Source: Patescibacteria group bacterium (lineage in GTDB: Bacteria > Patescibacteriota > Microgenomatia > Levybacterales > UBA12049). Taken from it: DNA of 40,664 nt. The position numbers and the translations under genes were made by a program. Of this stretch, positions 7,929 through 17,914 are shown piece by piece. Below the pieces are notes generated by a model. The model was not told the DNA's origin, ran no database searches, and worked only from the letters and a program-made list of their open reading frames with translations. The DNA lies in contig JAMCZG010000030.1 of the NCBI GenBank assembly GCA_023485715.1, positions 1 to 40,664 on the forward strand, given 5' to 3'. Numbering within the stretch: the first letter of the stretch is position 1; every line of letters begins with the position of its first letter.

Positions 7929-9884
7929 TTACGGCTTGAGTTGAATTTCTTTGTCTGTTATTAGCTTGAATTGATCAACTTGTCGACCATTCATCTTGAT
8001 CGTGTATGCGTTATCATAGGTTCCTGGTTGCTTTTGGATAAGAAGCGGCAATTGCGATCCGGGTTTTACTTTAAAAGGTAACTTATAGGAAATTGTTAAT
8101 TTTGCTGTACCCAATGGCTTAACTGTTAAAAACCCGTCGAATACAGTTTTCCCGAATTCTTCGTAAGTCGAAATTTTTACTTCCGATCCGACGCTGTCGA
8201 CAATTTCGCTTCCTTTGGGGACATATATCCTAAACCAATCTCTTAAAACTGCGTTCAGACAAAGATTTCCTCTCTCTTCGTTACAGTCAGACGGAGGATA
8301 AGGATTTTTGTAATTTACCGTTACTTTTTTTATTATACTCCCGTCACTTTTTACTTCGTATTCTTGTGTAACATCTTCTTTAACATACAGATTGGATTTC
8401 TGGCCCCCAAAATTTGCTTCATCCAGATAAAAATAATCCCCCTCAAATGATTTTACACGACCGGCAGCGTTGAGAGACTCGATCCCGGCTTGAGCATCTT
8501 TATCGTACAGATAGAAAAGCACATGTTTTTCATTTGTTTGTTTTAGCAAATCTTGGAATAACGGTCCCCAATAAACCTTGGGGGAAGATTTAAGCGCCTT
8601 CTCCATAATCGCGTACATCAATACTCCGAGCAAATCTTTTCGCCCCGGACCCTTCACGTAATTAACAGGCCTAGAAATATTATCCTCTAAAATATAAATT
8701 ACCTGGGGACAATCACATCTTTTATCGATCTGACTCGTAAACTTTATACCTCCCGCGTATACTTCATCGTCCAATATCTTAATTGTCGAGACAAGAATAC
8801 TCGTGTCCAGCGCGATAATCCCGTCGACCTTAACTTTTCCCGGCGCCTTATTGTATAAAGTTTCAAAAGTTTTCATCGATTCGATAAAGTCTGGAGAAAG
8901 ATTAGAATCTCTTAAATTTAGAGTGTAAACTTTTGGAAAATACTTAAGAATGGGCTCCGGCGCCTTTGGTTTATTCGCTATAGTGTTATCTAAATTATAA
9001 ATATCGCTTGCGTTGTCAAAATGAATGACACCTTTATCGATTCTTAAAATCGCATACGCTGTTATAAACCCGCCTGTCGGCCGCAACTCTTTGTCATTTA
9101 GGAATAAAATGAGATATTTTTTCTCCGAATTCTCTCCCAAAAGAGACGGTAAAGCTTTTATTAGCGGTTTCGCATCCGTGACGAGTATTTCTCCTTCATC
9201 GACTAATGTTTTTATCGTTTGCAGATTTTTCTTTACTTTGTCTCCGCCAAAAATCGAGGGGTAATGATTTGGGTCAACCTCATCGATCTCTTTTCTAGCA
9301 AGAGTTATTGATTTTGCGATGTCATCGATACGAGGAGTAATTTTACCCATCGTCATCACAGCGGTTTGAACACGCTGCTCGGCAGTCCCCATCACAAAAC
9401 TTCCCTGCCCCTTTAAGCCTAAAACATCCTGATACGGCTTGATAGAATCCACAAGCGTTGCCGCTGCGTCAAGACCGTAGGACCCGGCCTTTAAAAGATG
9501 ATCTGCATCGTTATAATACCAATTTGCAACCGGTACATATTTAAGAAACGATAACCCCTCCAAATCTTTTTGCGTTTGGGCTAAATCGGTTTTTGTTTTT
9601 TTGATCTCTTGTTCTGCTAATTCTATATTTTGTTTTTTAACAGCATCTAGGGCAATATTTGCTTGTTTGGAGGTTTTTCGAGCAGAATCGAATGTTTTTT
9701 TTGCCGGAAGGACTATTGTAAAAACGGATAAAACGCCGATTAAAATCAATACAGAAAGTATAATTATTAAAGGTTTGCTTATAAAACGTGAGCCACGTAC
9801 TTTGGTATTCTTGCGTTCGCTTTTAATACTGGGGTTTGCTTTATTCTTAGGAACAACTAAATCGATCTTTTTAAATTCGTCCAT
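7929..9884 (-). CDS. DUF4012-domain membrane-anchored protein
   Basis: TM helix, long helical stalk, YLILFLNDKELRPTGGFITAY, LRDSNLSPDF, ANFGGQKSN, IQKQPGT. Confidence 0.8.
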   Translation of the reverse strand: MDEFKKIDLVVPKNKANPSIKSERKNTKVRGSRFISKPLIIILSVLILIGVLSVFTIVLPAKKTFDSARKTSKQANIALDAVKKQNIELAEQEIKKTKTDLAQTQKDLEGLSFLKYVPVANWYYNDADHLLKAGSYGLDAAATLVDSIKPYQDVLGLKGQGSFVMGTAEQRVQTAVMTMGKITPRIDDIAKSITLARKEIDEVDPNHYPSIFGGDKVKKNLQTIKTLVDEGEILVTDAKPLIKALPSLLGENSEKKYLILFLNDKELRPTGGFITAYAILRIDKGVIHFDNASDIYNLDNTIANKPKAPEPILKYFPKVYTLNLRDSNLSPDFIESMKTFETLYNKAPGKVKVDGIIALDTSILVSTIKILDDEVYAGGIKFTSQIDKRCDCPQVIYILEDNISRPVNYVKGPGRKDLLGVLMYAIMEKALKSSPKVYWGPLFQDLLKQTNEKHVLFYLYDKDAQAGIESLNAAGRVKSFEGDYFYLDEANFGGQKSNLYVKEDVTQEYEVKSDGSIIKKVTVNYKNPYPPSDCNEERGNLCLNAVLRDWFRIYVPKGSEIVDSVGSEVKISTYEEFGKTVFDGFLTVKPLGTAKLTISYKLPFKVKPGSQLPLLIQKQPGTYDNAYTIKMNGRQVDQFKLITDKEIQLKP

Positions 9885-9921
9885 AAACTAAATAGTATCT
9901 TATTTTACGTTTTCGTGTCAA
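9885..9921 (-). promoter_or_regulatory. Putative sigma70 promoter, leaderless
   Basis: TTGACA (9921-9916)-N18-TACTAT (9897-9892)-N7-ATG. Confidence 0.6.
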
Positions 9922-9932
9922 TAGATAACGGA

Positions 9933-10598
9933 TTACAGGGCACCTTTCCCAGAGATCATCGCCCATGGAGTTTTCAAAATTATCCAAAAATCGTAAATTA
10001 TTGATCTCTTTTTAACATAGCTCGCATCCATTTCAATCCGCTTATCAAAATTTATTTCGCTCCGGCCAGAAACCTCCAAATAACCAGTGAGCCCGGGCTT
10101 TACAGAGAGCACAACTTTGACAGCATCTTTTGTTCCCGGGTATTTTTTTTGCTGGTCACGAAGTTCATCAGGGTAATACGCCCGCGGTCCGACCAAGCTC
10201 ATCTCGCCGCGAAGAATATTAATAATCTGAGGTATTTCGTCGATCGAATGTTTACGGATAAAATGTCCTATTCTTGTAATCCTCGGGTCGTGTCTTAATT
10301 TATAACTACCTTTTTTATAATTTGTATATAATTTTGAAAACTTCGGGTTTTCCCGAAGTATTTCATGAGCGTTTTGGACCATCGACCTAAACTTATACAT
10401 CTTAAAAAGTTTTCCGTTTCGTCCGACTCTTTCTGGAGTATCTGCCAAAACCGGGCCAGGAGAATCTAATTTTATTAAAATCGCCGTGAGAATTATTATG
10501 GGAGAAAATAATACGAGTAAAACGATCGAAAAAAATATATCTATTAATCTTTTGACTGCTTCATAGATCTGGCTTTTTTTAATTTCTTTGTACGGCAT
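9933..10598 (-). CDS. Small monotopic phosphoglycosyl transferase (Bac_transf, PglC/WcaJ C-terminal type)
   Basis: KRLIDI, IKLDSPGP, FKMYKFRSM, DPRITRIGHFIRKHSIDEIPQ, GEMSLVGPR, KPGLTG. Confidence 0.93.
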   Translation of the reverse strand: MPYKEIKKSQIYEAVKRLIDIFFSIVLLVLFSPIIILTAILIKLDSPGPVLADTPERVGRNGKLFKMYKFRSMVQNAHEILRENPKFSKLYTNYKKGSYKLRHDPRITRIGHFIRKHSIDEIPQIINILRGEMSLVGPRAYYPDELRDQQKKYPGTKDAVKVVLSVKPGLTGYLEVSGRSEINFDKRIEMDASYVKKRSIIYDFWIILKTPWAMISGKGAL

Positions 10599-10599
10599 A

Positions 10600-11682
10600 T
10601 TATGTTAAGCCTTCATGGGGTGTTCCCTCTAGACTCTTGACCAAATCTTTAATTTTCGGGACTGAGTTTTTCGGACAAACCAAAACCACGTCTCCTGTGT
10701 TTATCACTAAAACTCCGTCGAGGTCGATCCCAACAACCATCTGATCTGTATAGTTAAAAACAAGACTATCTTTACAATCGTTAACCGTTACTTTTCCGCG
10801 CGTTGCATTATCCAATTCATTTTTGCTTAAAGCCTCTTTTAAAGACTCCCAGGCTCCGATGTCGCTCCAACCGAGGTCCGCCCCGATTACAAAACCGTCG
10901 TTTGCTTCGATTTTTTCTAAAATTAAATTATCGAAAGATATTTTTTCGATTTGAGGATATAGTTTTTTAACAACGTTTTCAAATTCGTCTGTCCCCCACG
11001 CTTCTTGAATTTTTAGAAGTATTTCATAAATCTTGGGTGCATATTTTTTGTATAAGGAAAGCAAAAAGCCCGGTGTAGTACCGAAGTATCCCGGATTCCA
11101 CGCGTGATGCGGACTGGCATGGAAATTCTCCGCAACATCTAAGTCGGGTCGGTAATGAAGGCTTTTAAAGACATAAATAGGTACGCCATCTACTTCATCC
11201 GCTTTATCCCCAAATTCGATCCACCCTAAATTTTGACTCGCAAATCGCGATTTTTGCCCGATGAAAACAATTTTATCCTTATGTTTCTCCAAGATTTTTC
11301 CGACAACAACTAATACATTTCTAAAAAGATCTTCGTTTTTTACGATATGGTCGCTCCAGAGAATAATAAACGGTTCATCTTTCGCAATTTTTTCTAACAC
11401 AGCCACAGAAAAACCGACAGCAGCTCCGACATCTCTCATCTCGGGTTCTAAAATAAAATTACTTTTTGGGAGTTGGGGGAGCTGCTGATGCAGAATGTCT
11501 TTATACATCATCCCCGATGAGATAAAAATATCAGACGGTTTAAATATTGGCGAGACGCGATCTACTGCTAACTGCAGCGTTGACTTATCTCCGATAATTT
11601 TCTCAAATTGTTTGGGCGTGTGTTTTCTTGATAAGGGCCAAAGTCTTGTACCGACTCCTCCGGCAAAAAGAACAACCTTCAT
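10600..11682 (-). CDS. manC: Mannose-1-phosphate guanylyltransferase (no cupin isomerase domain)
   Basis: AGGVGTRLWPLSR..PKQF, LEP, WSDH, ISFD..ILEK, GWSDIGAW. Confidence 0.85.
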   Translation of the reverse strand: MKVVLFAGGVGTRLWPLSRKHTPKQFEKIIGDKSTLQLAVDRVSPIFKPSDIFISSGMMYKDILHQQLPQLPKSNFILEPEMRDVGAAVGFSVAVLEKIAKDEPFIILWSDHIVKNEDLFRNVLVVVGKILEKHKDKIVFIGQKSRFASQNLGWIEFGDKADEVDGVPIYVFKSLHYRPDLDVAENFHASPHHAWNPGYFGTTPGFLLSLYKKYAPKIYEILLKIQEAWGTDEFENVVKKLYPQIEKISFDNLILEKIEANDGFVIGADLGWSDIGAWESLKEALSKNELDNATRGKVTVNDCKDSLVFNYTDQMVVGIDLDGVLVINTGDVVLVCPKNSVPKIKDLVKSLEGTPHEGLT

Positions 11683-11703
11683 AAAATAAATATTATGGAT
11701 ATT

Positions 11704-12792
11704 TTATCTTTTATTTAAAATTTTTTCTACTACCTGCATAAATTCCTTCTTGAACCGGTCTTTATTAAATTTTTGAGCCTGTCTTACAGAATCAATCGGA
11801 TTAAAACACAGCTTGTCAAATCTTTCTAAAACTTTTGTTAGCGCTTCTTGTGTTTGCGGGTAAAAAAATACGCCTGTTTTATTATCGACTACAGTTTCTA
11901 GCGCCCCTCCGCCTTTAAATGCTACAACCGGTTTACCCAATATCTGAGCTTCTAATAAACTTAGGCCAAAATCCTCTTTCCCGGGAAAAATAAGCGCTTT
12001 ACACCCAATATAATAACTGAGCAACTCTTTATCAGTCAAGTTCTCGATAAATTCGATGGTGGGTCCGGCAATCTTTCTAATTTTTCTCGATAAAACACCG
12101 GTCCCGACTATCTTAAGAGGAAGTTTTAGTTCATTAAACGCCCTAACCGCAATATCTATTCTTTTGTATGGAACAAGCCGAGAAACGATCAAAAAATACC
12201 CTTTATCGTGTGCTTTCTTTACGTCGGGCGACTTAAATTGTTTGACGTCGATCGGCGGATAAACAACAACAGATTCTTTTCCGTAATATTTTTTTATTCT
12301 TTTTTGAACCTCTTTGGAAATCGCGATAAATTTATCGGGTCGGCTTGACGCCATTTTATCCCATCGCCTTAGATATGAAACCACTGGCCTCGACAAAAAT
12401 TTTAGAGTATTATTTTTAAAATAATCATCGTGACCACTCCATAAATACCGTGTGGGAGTTAGACAATAACAAAGATGTAACGTTTTTGGCTTCGTGACAA
12501 TTCCCTTCGCTGCTTCTGATGTTATAGAAATCACGAGATCATACTTATCAAAATCAAAGCTTTCGAAAGCATGGGGCATAAAAGTTGCCAGATATTCGTG
12601 AGCCGACGAAGCTTTGGGAAATTTTTGAAGAAACGATGTTTTTATTTGGAAGACATCCGCCCAAGGCGCTTTTTTTGGATTATAGACCGATGTATAAAGA
12701 GGAGCTTTTGGGAATATTTCGTGCAGGGCCAAAAGGACTCTTTCTGCTCCACCCCATTTATTAATTCTATCGTAGACTAGCGCAACTTTCAT
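11704..12792 (-). CDS. GT4 glycosyltransferase (WbaZ-like mannosyltransferase)
   Basis: GGAERVL, YCLTPTRYLW, VSRLVPYKRID, EDFGLSLLEA. Confidence 0.88.
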   Translation of the reverse strand: MKVALVYDRINKWGGAERVLLALHEIFPKAPLYTSVYNPKKAPWADVFQIKTSFLQKFPKASSAHEYLATFMPHAFESFDFDKYDLVISITSEAAKGIVTKPKTLHLCYCLTPTRYLWSGHDDYFKNNTLKFLSRPVVSYLRRWDKMASSRPDKFIAISKEVQKRIKKYYGKESVVVYPPIDVKQFKSPDVKKAHDKGYFLIVSRLVPYKRIDIAVRAFNELKLPLKIVGTGVLSRKIRKIAGPTIEFIENLTDKELLSYYIGCKALIFPGKEDFGLSLLEAQILGKPVVAFKGGGALETVVDNKTGVFFYPQTQEALTKVLERFDKLCFNPIDSVRQAQKFNKDRFKKEFMQVVEKILNKR

Positions 12793-13901
12793 TGCACCCT
12801 ATTATATACGCTCACAGTCTCTTTTGCAGTCTTTTTCCAATCATACGTTTTTGCCCAAGCGTATCCCTTTTTTATCAATTCCGCTTTTTTATTTTTGTCC
12901 GAAATTAAATCTGCAATTTTAGAAGAAATATCCCCGGGATCATTTTGATTAAAATAAATAACGCCGTCTTTATAGATTTCGTGGAATACCGGGATATTAG
13001 AAACGGCCGCAGGACAACCCATACTCATCGCTTCGAGCGCCGGAATCCCAAACCCCTCCATATTAGATGCCGTAACAAAGCATTCGGCATTTTTATAATA
13101 AGCGGATAGAGCGCTATTTGCCAATGTGCCAACAGTAACAACTTTTTTTTCTAAAGATTCGTTTTTTATAAACTGTTTTAATTTACGGTAAAAAAAATTG
13201 TCGCTTCCGACTAGTACCAGCTTTAGATTTTTCATCGTTTTATTATTCTTTTTCATCGCAAGGATTATCGACTCTACGTTTTTGTGGGGGTGCGCATTAC
13301 CGACGTATAAAATATATGGTTTTAATTTTTTAATAAAATCTTCTGTGTTATTATCGGTTTTTTTATCGTCTTCCAAGTTTCCAGACTCGAAAGTTACAAA
13401 TATTTTTTTAGGATCTGCATTATAGTGCTCTATTATTTCTCTTTTCGAGTCGTTGGAAACGGTAATTATCGCGGAAGCCTTTTTTACAGAGGAATTTAAA
13501 ACAAATTTATAGCCGATCGTTTTAAGAGAATAAAACCATTGAGGGAGTGTAGATGATTTTCCGGTTTTATAGTGATCAAAGATCAAATCATGGATTGTCA
13601 CCACAAATTTTCCTGGGTAAAAAATTGGAACACTAAAATATGGAAAGTGCACCAAATCAAGATTTTCAGCCAATAATATTTTTGGTAAAATAATTTGTTC
13701 AGAAAAAGTATGCCATCTTATATCGGCGACCCTTTTTTGCCATTTTTCATTTGGCATCACAATCTTATCAAAGTCTTTTTTTCTAAACAACCAAAGATAC
13801 TCGTTTTCTTTATCTACTTCCGGTAAATATCGAAAAAGACTTCGAATATATCTACCAACACCGGTTTCATTCCAAAGTCTCGCATCAATTCCAATCCTCA
13901 T
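12789..13901 (-). CDS. GT4 glycosyltransferase (MtfB-like)
   Basis: MRIGIDAR..TGVGRY, VTIHDL, YVGNAHPHKN, EGFGIPALEAM. Confidence 0.9.
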   Translation of the reverse strand: MRIGIDARLWNETGVGRYIRSLFRYLPEVDKENEYLWLFRKKDFDKIVMPNEKWQKRVADIRWHTFSEQIILPKILLAENLDLVHFPYFSVPIFYPGKFVVTIHDLIFDHYKTGKSSTLPQWFYSLKTIGYKFVLNSSVKKASAIITVSNDSKREIIEHYNADPKKIFVTFESGNLEDDKKTDNNTEDFIKKLKPYILYVGNAHPHKNVESIILAMKKNNKTMKNLKLVLVGSDNFFYRKLKQFIKNESLEKKVVTVGTLANSALSAYYKNAECFVTASNMEGFGIPALEAMSMGCPAAVSNIPVFHEIYKDGVIYFNQNDPGDISSKIADLISDKNKKAELIKKGYAWAKTYDWKKTAKETVSVYNRVQ

Positions 13902-13936
13902 GTTTGTAGTATAGAAAAATCTTGATATAATCTCAA
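13902..13936. promoter_or_regulatory. Overlapping divergent promoters
   Basis: Minus strand: TTGAGA-N17-TATACT-N6-ATG(13901). Plus strand: TG-a-TATAAT (13923-13931) ahead of the DUF523 gene. Confidence 0.6.
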
Positions 13937-13954
13937 ATATAACTTTTGAAATAA

Positions 13955-14371
13955 ATGATTATTGTTAGCGCTTGTTTGATTGGAATTAAATGCAGGTATG
14001 ACGGGAAAATTAATAGACCATGCAAAAAGGTTATAGAATTACTTAAAAAGAGGCAAGCTATACCTGTTTGCCCAGAGCAGTTAGGAGGATTACCAACTCC
14101 AAGAATAGCCGCAGAGAGAAAAAAAGATAGAGTGTTCCTTAAAAATGGGCGCGATGTGACGATAAATTTTAAAGAAGGAGCAAAAGAAGCAATAAGAATA
14201 GCAAAATTATCGGGTGCAAAAAAAGCGATATTAAAAGCCAGATCTCCATCCTGTGGCTCAGGAGAAATATACGATGGGAGCTTTACGAATACTTTAATTT
14301 CTGGCGATGGCGTTTTTACAGAAATCTGCAAAAAAGAAGGAATTCAAGTTTTTACCGAAGAAGAAATATAA
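13955..14371 (+). CDS. DUF523 / TudS-family thionucleobase desulfidase (Fe-S)
   Basis: VSACLIGIKCRYDG, PVCPEQLGGLPTPR, ILKARSPSCG, GDGVFT. Confidence 0.9.
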   Translation: MIIVSACLIGIKCRYDGKINRPCKKVIELLKKRQAIPVCPEQLGGLPTPRIAAERKKDRVFLKNGRDVTINFKEGAKEAIRIAKLSGAKKAILKARSPSCGSGEIYDGSFTNTLISGDGVFTEICKKEGIQVFTEEEI

Positions 14372-15247
14372 TTAACTAAAAAGAGACCTCAATGTTATCC
14401 CTTTTAAAATTATCCAATTAATAATTTTAGGATATTTATGTTTATAGTGTTTACTGTAAAAAATTTTCATCGCGGCAAACCGAGCATTTGTCGCAAGCTT
14501 TCTTGTCTCGTCATCTGCAGTCGATACGTGTTTTGAATGTTTTTTTATTCCACCGGAAACACCCTTGTAATGAAGAACCGAAACGCTTGGAATGAAATAA
14601 ATCTTCCAACCTTTTTGTTTTAGTCTGTAGCAAAAATCCAAATCTTCTCCATACCAAAAGTAATCCTCATCCCACCACCTGACTTCTTCGCCTGCTTTTT
14701 TTCGTGTGAACATAAACGCACCAGCGCACGCATCAATTTCGTGGATTTCATTTAAATTTTTCCAGCCTAAATGATAACCGTTAAAAAAACTAGAATGCGA
14801 AAATATCTTAGAAATTCCCGAAAAATGCGTAAACGAATTCCAAGGCGTCGGAAATCCCCTATGAGACGCATCGTCTAAACTTCCATCCGGAAGCTCCACT
14901 CTACAAGTTACAATACCCGCCTTATCGTTCTTTTCCATAAATCCGAACAGTAATTCAAGCGATTTTTCCTTTATCTCTGTATCCGGATTTAAAAACAAAA
15001 TGTATTTTCCGTTTGCTTTTTTGACTCCAAGATTATTGGCCTTTGAGAAACCGATATTTTTTTCGTTTTTCAGCAAGATCGTATCTTTAAATTCTTTGTC
15101 TACCATCTCCGATGAACCATCGATTGAACAATTGTCGATAACGATAATTTCGTAATTTAATTTGCAATGTCTTTTTATCGACAGCAAACAATTTTTCAAA
15201 AATTCTCTTGTGTTATACGAAACAATAATTATCGAAATATCGATCAT
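14372..15247 (-). CDS. GT2 glycosyltransferase (WbbL/rhamnosyltransferase-like); alternative start 15259
   Basis: ISIIIVSYN, IDNCSIDGS, NIGFSKANN, LFLNPD, WDEDYFWYGEDLD. Confidence 0.88.
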   Translation of the reverse strand: MIDISIIIVSYNTREFLKNCLLSIKRHCKLNYEIIVIDNCSIDGSSEMVDKEFKDTILLKNEKNIGFSKANNLGVKKANGKYILFLNPDTEIKEKSLELLFGFMEKNDKAGIVTCRVELPDGSLDDASHRGFPTPWNSFTHFSGISKIFSHSSFFNGYHLGWKNLNEIHEIDACAGAFMFTRKKAGEEVRWWDEDYFWYGEDLDFCYRLKQKGWKIYFIPSVSVLHYKGVSGGIKKHSKHVSTADDETRKLATNARFAAMKIFYSKHYKHKYPKIINWIILKGITLRSLFS

Positions 15248-15248
15248 G

Positions 15249-16480
15249 TTAATAAACATGTAAATTATCTCTAGGAATTACTACTGATTTATAAACTTCG
15301 TCGAGTTTTTTAGCGATTTTGTCCCAAGCATATTTGTCTTCGATTAATTTTCTTGCGTTAGTTGCGAGTTTTTTGTATAAATCTTCATTTCTTAAGATTT
15401 TTAAAACAAGATCTACAATTTCGTTTGAATTATCAGATATTAAAACCTCTTCGTTGTTTACCGCGTCGATTCCCTCGATCCCAAGATTTGTTGTTACAAC
15501 CGGGACACCAGAAGCCATAGATTCTAAAATTTTAAAACTCGTACCTCCTCCAACTTTTATCGGAGAAAGTAAGATATGCGATTTTTTGAATATTTCTGCG
15601 GTGTCTTCAGGAGCATTTTCATCAAAAATTACGTTTTCTTCTCTATTTATTTTTTTTGTCGAATCAGGAATATGCGTCCAACAACCCAAAGTTTTAAATT
15701 GAGTTTTGAATTTTGAGTTTTGAGTTTTGAGTTTATTTTCGGCCATATATCTTTAAGGATAATTTTTATCGCATTTTTATTCTGAATCCATCTAAAATCA
15801 CCGATAAAAAGAATTATTTTCTCTTTATCTTTAATTTTTTCGTCGAGATTCATAACTTTAAATTTATCTACATCAACGCCATTTGGAACAACATCGATAT
15901 TATTTTTTTTCATTAATGTTTTTTCTTCCTCCGAAACAGCGACTAATTTCGTCGCTTTTTTCCAAAAACTCTCTTCGTAATGTTTTATTTTGGACACGTC
16001 AATTGCCAAAAATGGTTTCAGAAGAGATGGCGCCAGTTTAAAAAATCTTTTATAAACCAAATACTCGACATTATGCTCCACTAAAACAACCGGAATTTTA
16101 TTATAAATTTTACCAGGCAAATTTTGCATAACATAGGACGTTTCGACATGAATAAGATCGAATTTACTCTCTTCCACAAGATTTTCGAGAATTTCTTTTA
16201 ATCTAGGATTTGTATGTCCGACCATTAAAAACGGATACGAAGAAAATCCTGTTTTTAAAATATTTTTTATTGACCACTGTTTTTGTTTCTCGACAACAAA
16301 AACTTTTTCACAAAAACTTTTTATCTCATCTATATCTCTTTGTGTCTGATAATCACGTTTTTCGCAAACGAATGTTATTGTGTGTTTTTTTGAAAGTTGT
16401 TTTAAAAGATTATAAAGCCTTATATGGCCTCCTGTAAAAAGCGGGTGCGGCAGATAAGAGGAAAGTATTAATATTTTCAT
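15249..16480 (-). pseudogene. GT4 glycosyltransferase split by a -1 frameshift (15647-16480 plus 15249-~15675)
   Basis: The N part runs MKILILSSYLP...VVPNGVD...KLWVVGR. The overlapping frame supplies IPDS...PIKVGGGTSFKILESMASGVPVV...YAWD. Together they make one GT-B protein. Confidence 0.8.
15692..15734 (-). repeat. In-frame 7-bp tandem repeat (CTCAAAA)x3 + TTCAAAA + partial units
   Basis: Read directly; encodes NSKLKTQNSKLNLK. Confidence 0.85.
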
Positions 16481-16481
16481 T

Positions 16482-17903
16482 TTATTTAGATCTTAAATCT
16501 AAAATTATATAAGTAGGGGTTTGTTTAACAACTTTATACGGAACATGAGTCGTAGAAAGCGTTTCTTGCGGATTTGTACTCACGAGGTGTGTTGCGCCGT
16601 CTGTTACAAGGTCTGCAACCGGTTTTTGCATTATTGACCACCCATGCCTATTTGTTTGATATAAAAACGCCACGTCTGCAGAATATGGGGCGACAACCTG
16701 CGCGTCTTTTGGGGTTAATTTATCAACATCTCTTCCTGCCTCGACAATTTCTGGGTGATTTATCCAATAATAACCCCTAATTTCATACCAGCTGAACGCG
16801 AACATAAAAAACAAAATAATCGCGATCGTCGGCCAGACTACAATTCGGGAAATCTCTTTTACTGTTCTTATTAAAAATGTTATTCCTTTTGCTAGAAATA
16901 TCACTAAAACCGGCAAGATCGGGATTTGATAATAATCATGCGTAACATTTCCGCGGGCAATCACAAGGAAGTATATTATGACCCCTAAAAGCCATAAATG
17001 GAAAAACCACCCTTCTTTTTTTCCGGGTTTTAGAATAATGCCCAACATTAAGAAAAAAATACCCCAATAACCTAAAATAATTTTTGCGATTCTTTCCGCA
17101 AATATCCAACGGAAAAATGCTCCTGTAAATCTTATGTTTCCGTCGTTAAATAACCATGTTGAAGCAGGAATTCCTTCTCTGTGTAACGATATATAATTTC
17201 TCCACAAGATAAGCGGTACAAGTGAGATAATCAAAAAACTCCAAAACTCCCATTTTTTAAGTATAGACAGACCAAATTCTCTGAAGAAAAAATATAAAAA
17301 AGGTAAAAAAAGTATAACCTGATAGGGTTTTAAAAGAAAAGTCAATGAAACAAATACGGAACTCAAAATTAATAACCACGATTTATTTTTATCCCGCCAG
17401 AGGAACAAAGCAAGAATCGACGCCAAAGAAAAAAATATCATCATGGGTTCTGGCATTATTACCCTGCTGTAATAGACACTATAAGGAATAAATGCAAAAA
17501 AAATCGCAGCCCAGAAACCGACCATTTTTCCAAAAAAACGCCTAGCGATAAAATAAATTAAAATTATCGACCCTAATGAAAAAACTACAGAAATGAGTCG
17601 AGCAATATATTCATGAACTCCCCAAATGTTGTACGCGATATAAATTATTGTCTGGTATATTGGCGCCTCGACTAAAAACAATCTGTTTGGATTTTGTAGT
17701 CCCCATTCGTTTGTTATGGCGTAATTATCTACCTGGGGCCAAAAAAAATTATATCCGTCTTTTACAAAATTTCTCGCAACCGCGGCAGTATCTGCCTGTC
17801 GCCACGAATGCCAGTCGGCGATCGGATTGTCGATTTTATACAAACGCACCAAGAATGCACCGACAACTATTATTATTAACAAAAAGAGCTCTAATTTTTT
17901 CAT
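16482..17903 (-). CDS. ArnT/PMT_2-like GT-C membrane glycosyltransferase
   Basis: Many TM segments; first loop DWHSWRQADTAAVARNF; EAPIYQ, ARLISV, YYSR..MPE, HDYYQ. Confidence 0.8.
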   Translation of the reverse strand: MKKLELFLLIIIVVGAFLVRLYKIDNPIADWHSWRQADTAAVARNFVKDGYNFFWPQVDNYAITNEWGLQNPNRLFLVEAPIYQTIIYIAYNIWGVHEYIARLISVVFSLGSIILIYFIARRFFGKMVGFWAAIFFAFIPYSVYYSRVIMPEPMMIFFSLASILALFLWRDKNKSWLLILSSVFVSLTFLLKPYQVILFLPFLYFFFREFGLSILKKWEFWSFLIISLVPLILWRNYISLHREGIPASTWLFNDGNIRFTGAFFRWIFAERIAKIILGYWGIFFLMLGIILKPGKKEGWFFHLWLLGVIIYFLVIARGNVTHDYYQIPILPVLVIFLAKGITFLIRTVKEISRIVVWPTIAIILFFMFAFSWYEIRGYYWINHPEIVEAGRDVDKLTPKDAQVVAPYSADVAFLYQTNRHGWSIMQKPVADLVTDGATHLVSTNPQETLSTTHVPYKVVKQTPTYIILDLRSK

Positions 17904-17914
17904 TTACACTTAAT

